NCBI GenBank assembly: GCA_965238075.1 | Contig: OZ250173.1 | Coordinates: forward strand, 2,464,001 to 2,528,000 | Direction of reading: 5' to 3' | Origin: Candidatus Entotheonellaceae bacterium | GTDB lineage: Bacteria > Tectomicrobia > Entotheonellia > Entotheonellales > Entotheonellaceae | Length of the DNA stretch: 64,000 bases | Shown: piece after piece, positions 49,262 to 57,274 of the stretch | Position numbering within the stretch: the first letter of the stretch is position 1 | How the letters are laid out: the number at the start of each line of letters is the position of its first letter | Notes under the pieces: model-generated | Told to the model about the DNA's origin: nothing | Database searches by the model: none | Seen by the model: the letters and a program-made list of their open reading frames with translations, nothing else | Program-made: the position numbers and the translations under genes

Positions 49262-50863
49262 CTACGCCTCGGCGGCGGCTTTCTGTTGCTCCGCTTCGAC
49301 CAGAACGCGGCGCAACACCTTGCCCGAGGAGGTCTTGGGAATGCTGGCGACGAACTCGACCTCGCGCACCTTCTTGTATCCGGCAATGCGACTGGCCACG
49401 AAGTCCATTAACACGTCCGCCGCGACCTCCTCGCCCGGGCGCAGGATGACCAGGGCCTTGGGAATTTCCCCCGCCTCGGCGTCTGGTTTGCCAAACACGG
49501 CGCAATCAGCGACCGCGGGATGCTGGAACAGCGCCGCCTCAACTTCCGCCGGGGCAACGGAGAAGCCCTTGTATTTGATCATCTCTTTCTTGCGGTCAAC
49601 GATGTAGACGTATCCCTGATCGTCGATGCGCGCCACGTCGCCGGTCGCCAGCCAGCCGTCGCGCAGCACGCGGCTCGTCTCTTCGGGAGACTTCCAGTAG
49701 CCCTTCATGACGTGGGGGCCCTTGATGAGCAGTTCACCCACGCCGCCGGTGCTCAGTTCCTGCTCGCCGGTGGTGAGATCGACGATCTTCTGCTCCTGAT
49801 TCGGAACCGCCAGGCCGACCGAATCGAGCTTCACGCAGCCCTGATCGACGGGGTTCAGATGCGTCACCGGAGAGGCCTCCGTCAGGCCGTATCCCTGCAG
49901 GACGCACACGCCGGTTTTGTCCTGCACGCGCTGGCCCACATCAGGCGCCAGGGGCGCGGCTCCGACCATGATGTACCGCATGTGCGAGAGGTCGAACTGT
50001 TCGACGTTCGGGTAGTTGTCCAGGGCCACCACAATGGGCGGCACGGCGTAATACAGGGTGACTTTGTACTGCTGCGCCAGGGCCAGCGAGAGCTCCAGAT
50101 CGAACGCCTCCATGATGACCAAGGTCGCGCCGGCGTAGATGCCGCCGCCTACCAGCATCATGCCGTAGATGTGATAAAAGGGCAGGAAGATGAGCAGGGT
50201 GTCGCGCTCCGCCATGCGCCCGCTGGAGATGAACTGGACGTTGTTGGCCACCAGATTCTGATGGCTCAGCATGACGCCCTTGGGCAGGCCGGTGGTGCCG
50301 CTGGAGTAGGGCAGAGCGACCAGGTCCTCGGCCCAGTTCAGCGCCACTTGCGGCGGGTGCTTCGGGGACGAGCGCCGGATGAGGTCGCGAAAGAGGTGTG
50401 TATTCGGCTCGGCATTCCGTCCGACAATGATCACTTCCTTGAGGCTCGGCACCTTTGCGCGCACCGATTTGACCAGCGGATAGAGCGACTCCTGCACGAC
50501 CAGTACGCTGGTTTCGGCGTCGTTGAGCTGGTGTTGGATCTCGTCTTTCTTGTAGGCGGGATTCATCGGTGTGGCCACGGCGCCCAAGCGAGCGGCGGCG
50601 TAGAAACTGATGATGTATTCCGGGCGATTGGTCATGTAGAGGGCAACGCGGTCGCCCTTTTTAACGCCGAGGCCGCTGAAGGCGTTGGCAATGTTGTTGG
50701 TCAGTCCGTCGAGCTCTCGGTACGAGATTTTCTGTCCCTGAAAGATGACTGCCTCTTTTTCCGGAAAACGCTGAGCCGTCTCCCACAGCATTTCGCCAAA
50801 GGGAATTTCCGGAATGTCGATGTCCGCTCGAAAGAAATCCCCAAGCGTGCTGTCTGGGGTCAT
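49262..50863 (-). CDS. AMP-binding acyl-CoA ligase (4-coumarate / long-chain fatty acid CoA ligase-like)
   Basis: LPYSSGTTGLPKGV, LPFYHIYG, QGYGLTE, WLATGD, DRKKEMIKYKG, IPKTSSGK. Confidence 0.93.
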   Translation of the reverse strand: MTPDSTLGDFFRADIDIPEIPFGEMLWETAQRFPEKEAVIFQGQKISYRELDGLTNNIANAFSGLGVKKGDRVALYMTNRPEYIISFYAAARLGAVATPMNPAYKKDEIQHQLNDAETSVLVVQESLYPLVKSVRAKVPSLKEVIIVGRNAEPNTHLFRDLIRRSSPKHPPQVALNWAEDLVALPYSSGTTGLPKGVMLSHQNLVANNVQFISSGRMAERDTLLIFLPFYHIYGMMLVGGGIYAGATLVIMEAFDLELSLALAQQYKVTLYYAVPPIVVALDNYPNVEQFDLSHMRYIMVGAAPLAPDVGQRVQDKTGVCVLQGYGLTEASPVTHLNPVDQGCVKLDSVGLAVPNQEQKIVDLTTGEQELSTGGVGELLIKGPHVMKGYWKSPEETSRVLRDGWLATGDVARIDDQGYVYIVDRKKEMIKYKGFSVAPAEVEAALFQHPAVADCAVFGKPDAEAGEIPKALVILRPGEEVAADVLMDFVASRIAGYKKVREVEFVASIPKTSSGKVLRRVLVEAEQQKAAAEA

Positions 50864-50908
50864 GCACCATCTCCTCGGTCGTTGTGTTGTGTGTGGGATG
50901 TCCAATTA

Positions 50909-51964
50909 TCAGTAACTTGGAAGGTTTTGGTTGGCGGGCGCATCATACTTAGCCTGTCGCTGGGCTGTCAAGGACGAATGCGGGCCTGTGAGCGCCACGA
51001 TCCGGGCGGCGAGCTTGTGCGCGTCGTGGCGAATCAGGTGCATGCCGACGTGCATCCCGGAAGCTTGTGGACGGGTGTAGGCGCGCAGGGTCTCGGGGTC
51101 CGGATGCTCGGCCAGATCGGCGGCGATGAGGCAGGTATCGGCTGGCGTCAGGTCGTTGACGACGGGTTGGGCGCCTTGGGGTTCGTAGAGGCGCAGCAGA
51201 TCCGGCGGCAGCGGGGCGTTGTTGACGAGCACCGCGTCCACCGGGCGGCCCAGGTAGGGTTGCAGCGTCGTGAGGTACTGCCGGGCGGTGTATCCGTCGG
51301 TCTGGCCCGGCTGCGTCATCAGGTTGAGCACCTGGACAATGGGCGCCCGGCTGCGCCTCAGGGCCTGTTTGACGCCGGGGTGCAGAAGCACGGCGATGAT
51401 GCCGGTGAGCAAGGAGCCGGCGCAGATGACCAGCAGATTGGCGGCGGCGATGGCTTCCGTGACGGCGGGATGCGCGGGGGTCGGAGGTTGCAGGAACAAC
51501 CGTTTGATGAGCGCCATGGAGCGGCGCTGCATGATTTGCCATTCGCCGATGAGGCGGCGGCCATCGGTGAGCTCGGCGCCGATCTGCGTATCGCCGTCGG
51601 ATACCGGCAACACGCGCTGGGCAAAGCCGGCGGCCTCGCGGATTTCGGCTGCCGCCGTGTTCAGGCTGCCGTGCTCGCTGGCCAGCGCCGCCAGGATGAC
51701 GTTGCCGACGCTGACGCCGTCCAAGTCGCCGGCTGTGAAGCGGTGTTGCAACAGCCGGCCCCACAGCGAGTTGTTGTCGGCCAGGGCGTTCAGGCACTGG
51801 CGTGCATCGCCCACTTGCGGGATGTGAAGCAGGCAGCGGAGGTGGCCGCTGTGGCCGCCGTTGTCGGTAACCCCGACGATGGCCGTGACCTCGCATGGAT
51901 GCTCTCGCAGCCCCCGCAGGAGGGTCGCCTGTCCGGTGCCGCTGCCCAAGGTGACGATGTGCAT
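50909..51964 (-). CDS. YvcK/GlmR (CofD-related) family protein
   Basis: IVTLGSGTG, VTDNGGHSG, GDARQCL, GSLLT, NLMTQPGQTDG, IRHD. Confidence 0.88.
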   Translation of the reverse strand: MHIVTLGSGTGQATLLRGLREHPCEVTAIVGVTDNGGHSGHLRCLLHIPQVGDARQCLNALADNNSLWGRLLQHRFTAGDLDGVSVGNVILAALASEHGSLNTAAAEIREAAGFAQRVLPVSDGDTQIGAELTDGRRLIGEWQIMQRRSMALIKRLFLQPPTPAHPAVTEAIAAANLLVICAGSLLTGIIAVLLHPGVKQALRRSRAPIVQVLNLMTQPGQTDGYTARQYLTTLQPYLGRPVDAVLVNNAPLPPDLLRLYEPQGAQPVVNDLTPADTCLIAADLAEHPDPETLRAYTRPQASGMHVGMHLIRHDAHKLAARIVALTGPHSSLTAQRQAKYDAPANQNLPSY

Positions 51965-51971
51965 GAGAGGC

Positions 51972-52847
51972 CTACTCCGTAAGGGATGCCGTTTGCTGCT
52001 GACGCCATGCCGCAGGGCCGCCGAGATTCCAGGCATCGGTGTCGTACTTGGTGTGCCGCAATGCCTCGGCCAGACGGCGCTCGGCGGGTGACAGTTCTTC
52101 GGCCAATAACTCGGTGCCGCCGGTCAGACAGTCGGCAAAGCCTTGGCGCAGCGCCCGGTGCAGGGCCGCGGCATCGAGCGGCGTGGGTGCCACTTCGTTC
52201 ACTGCCACCATGCTTGCGTACGACTCGTGGAGCAGTTGCGAGCGCCGGTCGGCTGGCACACGCAAACACGCGAACAGGCGCTGCCGGTCCATGGACAGGG
52301 GAATCGAGCCGTGTTGCAGCAGGGAACGACGCCCGCGTTTCTGGGCGCTGCCGACGAGTTTCCTGCCGGTGGCGCTCAACTCGTAGCGCGACATGGCCGC
52401 GAAGCAGGCCGGGGACGCCGCCCGGGGCGCCGAGGCGAGGACGCTGGGGCGCTCAAGGCGCACCGCCAGCCCCGCGTGGCGCAAGGCTGCTGCCAGCGCG
52501 AGACCGATACGATGGTAGTGTTCCGTGATACTGCCTTCCCGGTCCGCCAGCCGCAGCGGCATCACGACGCTGTATGTCGCCTCCTGATCGTGCAGCACCG
52601 CGCGTCCGCCGGTGGGGCGCCGTACCAGCGTCACCCCGTGCTGCCGACAAGCCGCCGCGTCGACCTCTTTCTCCACGCTTTGGGCGTATCCCAGCGACAG
52701 CGTCGGCGAGGACCAAGTGTACGCCCGCAGCGTCGGCGGGCTCTGGCCGGCCTCGTGCGACAGCAGCAGGGCCTCATCTACCGCCATGTTGAAGGCGGCG
52801 TCGTTACAGCCGGTATCGAGGAAACGCCATGCCGTGGCCAAGGGCAT
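51972..52847 (-). CDS. lipoate-protein ligase family protein (LipM-like octanoyltransferase)
   Basis: NMAVDEALL, TLSLGYAQ, RRPTGGRAVLHD, ACF, KLVGSAQ, LQHGSIP; adjacent to gcvH. Confidence 0.9.
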   Translation of the reverse strand: MPLATAWRFLDTGCNDAAFNMAVDEALLLSHEAGQSPPTLRAYTWSSPTLSLGYAQSVEKEVDAAACRQHGVTLVRRPTGGRAVLHDQEATYSVVMPLRLADREGSITEHYHRIGLALAAALRHAGLAVRLERPSVLASAPRAASPACFAAMSRYELSATGRKLVGSAQKRGRRSLLQHGSIPLSMDRQRLFACLRVPADRRSQLLHESYASMVAVNEVAPTPLDAAALHRALRQGFADCLTGGTELLAEELSPAERRLAEALRHTKYDTDAWNLGGPAAWRQQQTASLTE

Positions 52848-52851
52848 CTTC

Positions 52852-53229
52852 CTAGGTAATGGTTGCCTGGTAATCGTCGGCGCCCAGCAGTGCCTGCCAG
52901 TCGTCGGGATTGGACGTTTCGATGACGATCATCCATCCCTCCTCATACGGCTCGCGGTTGACCAGTTCCGGCGCGTCGTCCAGCCGCGCGTTCACCTCGG
53001 CGACCGTGCCGCTCACGGGTGCGAACAGATCCGAGACGGCCTTGACCGACTCCACGACCCCGAACGATTCCCCCGCCGTGACGCTGCGGCCGACCTGCGG
53101 CAACTCCAAAAACAGTACCTCGCCGAGTTCTTCCTGCGCGAAATCCGTGATCCCCACCGTTACCCGGTCGCCCTCGCGCCGTGCCCACGTGTGTTCGCTG
53201 CTGTAGCGCAAATCCTGCCGAAATTCCAT
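52852..53229 (-). CDS. gcvH: glycine cleavage H protein / lipoyl carrier
   Basis: GITDFAQEELG, lipoyl-Lys in VESVKAVSD, PVSG, PYEEGW. Confidence 0.96.
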   Translation of the reverse strand: MEFRQDLRYSSEHTWARREGDRVTVGITDFAQEELGEVLFLELPQVGRSVTAGESFGVVESVKAVSDLFAPVSGTVAEVNARLDDAPELVNREPYEEGWMIVIETSNPDDWQALLGADDYQATIT

Positions 53230-53379
53230 CCGACTGTCTCCCTTTCAGCATATGGCTATTGTACAAGATTCAATCGTGACGTGCGTGGGTATCACGGCGG
53301 CGCGACCTTTACGGGCCGGTGCGTTTGTTGTTACAGTCCTGGCACTTGCAAATGGGTCCCACCTCCTGACAGGTCAAGC

Positions 53380-54951
53380 ATGGCTCATCGCCCCACGCCC
53401 GAACCGCTTGCCAACGTCCCGTCCCGCTTTGCCGCCGCTGTATTGCTGGCCTCGCTCGCCGGCGTGCTGACCGTCTCGCCCATGTTGTACGAACCCTTGT
53501 GGCCGCTGGCCTGGATAGGCCTGCTGCCGCTGTTCGTGGCCCTGCGCGGCGGTTCCGCTGCAAGGGCGTTCGCGCTCGGTTGGTGGACGGAAACCCTGAT
53601 GTACGGGCTGGGGGCCTACTGGCTCGTCAACACCATGGTCGATTTCGGCCACATCCCGCTGCCGCTCAGCCTCCTGTTCTTCGTCATTGTCGCCACCGCC
53701 AATGGCGTGCGCATGGGGCTCTTTGCCTGGTGGGTGCGGCGCATGCAGACCAGCGAGAGTCCGTGGTGGTACCGCTTGATGCTACCCGCCTGCGCGTTCG
53801 TCGCCCTGGATTTCGCCTTTCCGCGCGTGTTTCCCTGGTACCTCGGCTTTCTGCAATACCCGGCCCTGCCGCTCATCCAAGTCGCTGACCTGACCGGCAT
53901 TCACGGCGTCACTTTTATTCTCGTGCTGTGCAGCGTTGGCGGCGCTGCATTCGTGTCGGCTCGGCAGTCACCGGCGGGCGCCGGGCGTTACCGGATGGCC
54001 GCGGCGGTGGGATGCGTGCTCTTGCTGCAAGTCGGCTACGGCCTGTGGCGCATGCCGCAGGTGGCGGAGGCGATGCAACAGGCCGAGAGCCTGCGGGTGG
54101 TGCTGGTGCAGCCGAACCTCGGTATTGACGAAAACCGGAACGGCCCCAAGCGCCGGGAACACCTGCGAATGCTGTCGGACCTGAGTGCGGCGACCCTGGC
54201 GCCAGAGCCGGATCTAATCATCTGGCCTGAGAGCGCCTACCCCTACGCGCTGGCGACTCAAGAGTCGTTCCTGTACCTGCCGAAGGGGCTAACGAACGAG
54301 GTGCCGTGGCTGATCGGCGGGATGGCCTACGAGGGTCAGGACGACGCGCGGCGGTTGTTCAATTCCACTTGGTTGGTGGCGCCCGGGCAGCGCATTGTCG
54401 GGCGCTACGACAAGCACGTCTTGCTTGCCTTTGGCGAATACGTGCCCATGCAGCGTTACCTGCCGATCCTCGGACGCATTTCCCCGGCAATCGGCAATTT
54501 CACCCCCGGCGAGGGGGCGCGCTTCCTGACCCTGCCGGACGGTGTATCCATCGGCCCCTTGATCTGTTACGAAGACATTATGCCGCTACCGGCCCGACTG
54601 GCGGCGCGCCAAGGGGCACGGGTGCTGGTGAACCTGACGAACGACATGTGGTTCGGGCCGACCCGCGCGCCATACCAGCATCGCAATGCGGCGGCTTTCC
54701 GGGCGGTGGAAAATCGGCGCTCTCTGGTGCGGGTGACTAATACCGGTGTGACGTCCATCATCGACGCCATGGGGCGCGAGCAGTCGGCACTGCCCATCTA
54801 CCAGCGCGGCACGCTGGTGGATGACGTGGCGGCTCTGCAGATACCCACCGTCTATCAGCGTTTCGGGGACTGGTTTGCCTGGCTTTGTTGTGCGGCGGCG
54901 GTTGGGTTGCCGGGATGGCAGTTCGTCCGGCGGGGTGCCGGGCGCTGTTAG
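53380..54951 (+). CDS. lnt: apolipoprotein N-acyltransferase
   Basis: Multi-TM N-terminus, FPW, VQPN, IWPESA, YDK..L.FGEYVP, ICYE, TNDMWFG, RAVEN, NTG. Confidence 0.96.
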   Translation: MAHRPTPEPLANVPSRFAAAVLLASLAGVLTVSPMLYEPLWPLAWIGLLPLFVALRGGSAARAFALGWWTETLMYGLGAYWLVNTMVDFGHIPLPLSLLFFVIVATANGVRMGLFAWWVRRMQTSESPWWYRLMLPACAFVALDFAFPRVFPWYLGFLQYPALPLIQVADLTGIHGVTFILVLCSVGGAAFVSARQSPAGAGRYRMAAAVGCVLLLQVGYGLWRMPQVAEAMQQAESLRVVLVQPNLGIDENRNGPKRREHLRMLSDLSAATLAPEPDLIIWPESAYPYALATQESFLYLPKGLTNEVPWLIGGMAYEGQDDARRLFNSTWLVAPGQRIVGRYDKHVLLAFGEYVPMQRYLPILGRISPAIGNFTPGEGARFLTLPDGVSIGPLICYEDIMPLPARLAARQGARVLVNLTNDMWFGPTRAPYQHRNAAAFRAVENRRSLVRVTNTGVTSIIDAMGREQSALPIYQRGTLVDDVAALQIPTVYQRFGDWFAWLCCAAAVGLPGWQFVRRGAGRC

Positions 54952-54991
54952 GGGAGAAGAGCAGGCCGGGCACCTGCTCTTCCACAGGGGG

Positions 54992-55279
54992 TCATTCGGG
55001 GCGTATTTCGTCAACCTTGGCTCGGGTGGCGTCTTTATCCTTGAACCAATCGGCGTTTATGGGTGTGTAGTCCTTCCACTCGTCCGGCACGTCCTCTTCC
55101 GTGAAAATGGCCTCTACCGGGCACTCGGGTTCGCAAGCACCGCAGTCAATGCACTCGTCCGGATCAATGTACAGCATGCGGTCTTTGCCTTCCTCGAAAT
55201 GAATGCAGTCCACGGGACAGACATCCACGCAGGATTGATCCATGACGTCGATGCACGGGTCGGCGATTATATAAGTCAT
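54992..55279 (-). CDS. ferredoxin (dicluster 7Fe/8Fe, FdxA-like)
   Basis: [18 protein letters not shown] and [16 protein letters not shown]. Confidence 0.95.
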   Translation of the reverse strand: MTYIIADPCIDVMDQSCVDVCPVDCIHFEEGKDRMLYIDPDECIDCGACEPECPVEAIFTEEDVPDEWKDYTPINADWFKDKDATRAKVDEIRPE

Positions 55280-55455
55280 TTCCTCACATCCTCCATTTCC
55301 GACGATGAAGCGTTGGAGACGCGCGGGTGTTCTCGCTGTGCGTCAACTACGGCTGCTTATGGTTGCATAAAGATACCTTAACCATACAAATTCTGGCAAG
55401 GCTGACACCGAGCGAGAGCAGGCCGCTGCCTTTCCTTGACGGGAGGCCGCTCTAC

Positions 55456-55753
55456 TCAGGCTGTCCCCTTGCCGCCGGTCCTCTCGATGAGAGCCGACAA
55501 TGCCGCCATCGCCTCGGCGTGCCGCCTGTCATCCTGCCGGCGCTGCTCGTCCATCCGCTGTATGGTCTCCGTATGACGGTCTGCACTTTCTTTGAGTTGA
55601 AGGTCAATTTGCCGGTCTCTTGCCGCCGCCGCCTTCCACATCTGCCGCAGGCCAACTGCAATCAAGGCACTGCGCCAAGCCAACACCAGCGCTCATCAGC
55701 AATTGCAGAAACGGTAGAGATTCCGTCTGGGTCAACGATGGTAGGCCGATCAT
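55456..55753 (-). pseudogene. frameshifted small membrane-anchored coiled-coil protein
   Basis: MIGLP...LQLLMSAGVGLAQC joins LIAVGLRQMWKAAAARDRQ...ALSALIERT across a frameshift near 55666, giving one continuous hydrophobic helix. Confidence 0.6.
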
Positions 55754-55826
55754 GTGTTCTTTCCCGTTATTGAGAGCCGTCTGATTTATAGCCACGCCTC
55801 AATTGAATCGGCGACACACTAGGGTA

Positions 55827-55985
55827 GGCGGTGGATTGAGTCAAGCCACACTCCCTGGCCTGATCTTGCCGGAGTTGGCGTGACAACAGGCTGAAAACAC
55901 GGGTACCTTGAGGGGTCCCGGAAAGTATATTAGACTCCCCCCTGTGGCTCACCGAAGGACGAGAAAGGCAGGACGTTCTACCGCC
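55827..55985. ncRNA. candidate structured RNA element, family unassigned
   Basis: Nested stems visible in intergenic DNA: GGCGGTGGA/TCTACCGCC, AGCCACA/TGTGGCT, GGCCTG/CAGGCT, CGGG(T)ACC/GGTCCCG, and a possible GAGTC/GACTC pseudoknot. Confidence 0.45.
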
Positions 55986-56017
55986 CGATTGCATGTCGCA
56001 GCATAAGGAAATGGATC

Positions 56018-56428
56018 ATGTATAGACAAGTATTGGCGTGGTTGTGTGCGCTGCTGCTTGCCACCGCGGCAGGAGCGTGTTCTAAGGGTGAGAGCGATGC
56101 GCCCGGGACGTTGCTGCAGGAACTCACGGCGCGCATGGCGTCTGAGACGCCGCCAGTGGTTCTGGACGTGCGGACACCGCAGGAGTACGAAGCAGGGCAC
56201 GTGCCCGGCGCCATCAACATGCCGCACAAGGCGCTGGCCGGCCGGCTGTCGGAAGTGCTCAGCTTCCGCGACCGGGAGGTGGTGCTGTATTGCGAACGCG
56301 GCAAACGTTCGGAGATGGCGCGAGCGGTGCTTCTTGAGGCGGGCTTTACATCGACTCAGCTCCTGCAGGGGCACATGGTCGAATGGCGCCGTCAGCGGCT
56401 GCCCGAAAACAGAGGTATCGACCCATAA
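56018..56428 (+). CDS. rhodanese-like domain protein (probable lipoprotein)
   Basis: Signal peptide ending AGAC, VLDVRTPQEY, GHVPGAIN, active-site YCERGKRS. Confidence 0.92.
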   Translation: MYRQVLAWLCALLLATAAGACSKGESDAPGTLLQELTARMASETPPVVLDVRTPQEYEAGHVPGAINMPHKALAGRLSEVLSFRDREVVLYCERGKRSEMARAVLLEAGFTSTQLLQGHMVEWRRQRLPENRGIDP

Positions 56429-56446
56429 ACCCGCAGGGGACACGGT

Positions 56447-57262
56447 GTGATGGATACGAACGGATTGGCGCAAAACGTGATCGCCGTAGCCAGCGGCAAG
56501 GGCGGCGTGGGCAAGTCGACTGTCGCCGTCAACTTGGCGGTGAGTCTCGCCGCCGAGGGGGCCGAGGTCGGGTTGCTGGATGCCGACATTCACGGCCCCA
56601 ACATCCCGATCATGATGGGCATCCGCGAGCAACCCCGTCTGGATCAGGACCGCAAGCTGGTGCCGCTGGAGCGGCATGGGGTCAAGCTGATGTCGGTAGG
56701 CTTTATGGGTGGGAGTTCCAAGCCGGTGATCTGGCGTGGCCCGCTGGTCGGTCGCATGATCAAGCAATTCCTGTACAACGTCGACTGGGGAGAACTGGAC
56801 TACCTGCTCATCGACCTGCCTCCCGGCACCGGCGATGCGCAACTGACGCTGACCCAGTCGGTCGCCCTCACCGGCGGCATCATCGTCTCGACGCCGCAAG
56901 ACGTGGCGTTGCAGGATGCCTTGCGGGGCATGGACATGTTTCTGAAGGTCGAGGTGCCGATCCTCGGGCTCGTCGAAAACATGAGCTACTTTCTGTGCCC
57001 GCATTGCCACGAGCGCAGCGACATTTTTTCCCACGGCGGCACGCGAGCGGCCGCCGAAACCCGTCAGGTGCCCTTCCTCGGCGCTCTGCCGTTGGACACC
57101 AAGATCCGTCAAGGCGGCGATGTCGGTGTTCCGATCGTGGTGTCGGAAGCGGGTTCCAGCCATGCCGACTGCTTCCGCGCCATGTGCCGGGAACTGCAAG
57201 CCAGCATCGAAAAGAGCCGCGGCAAGCAGCCCATCCGTGCCCTTCAAATCGACCAGAGTTAA
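56447..57262 (+). CDS. mrp: Mrp/NBP35 (ApbC) Fe-S cluster carrier ATPase
   Basis: ASGKGGVGKST, LDADIHGP, WRGP, DLPPGTGD, ENMSYFLCPHC. Confidence 0.95.
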   Translation: MMDTNGLAQNVIAVASGKGGVGKSTVAVNLAVSLAAEGAEVGLLDADIHGPNIPIMMGIREQPRLDQDRKLVPLERHGVKLMSVGFMGGSSKPVIWRGPLVGRMIKQFLYNVDWGELDYLLIDLPPGTGDAQLTLTQSVALTGGIIVSTPQDVALQDALRGMDMFLKVEVPILGLVENMSYFLCPHCHERSDIFSHGGTRAAAETRQVPFLGALPLDTKIRQGGDVGVPIVVSEAGSSHADCFRAMCRELQASIEKSRGKQPIRALQIDQS

Positions 57263-57274
57263 CGGTTGGCCGGA

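Noticed and set aside
52612-53379. Apparent 779-aa Lnt with an extra N-terminal domain
   Set aside because: The extension is antisense to gcvH and the lipoate ligase gene; Lnt plausibly starts at 53380.
55945-55965. CACCGAAGGA resembles part of a glycine riboswitch
   Set aside because: The other conserved elements (GGAGA, CUCAGG) are absent, and it is not upstream of gcvH.
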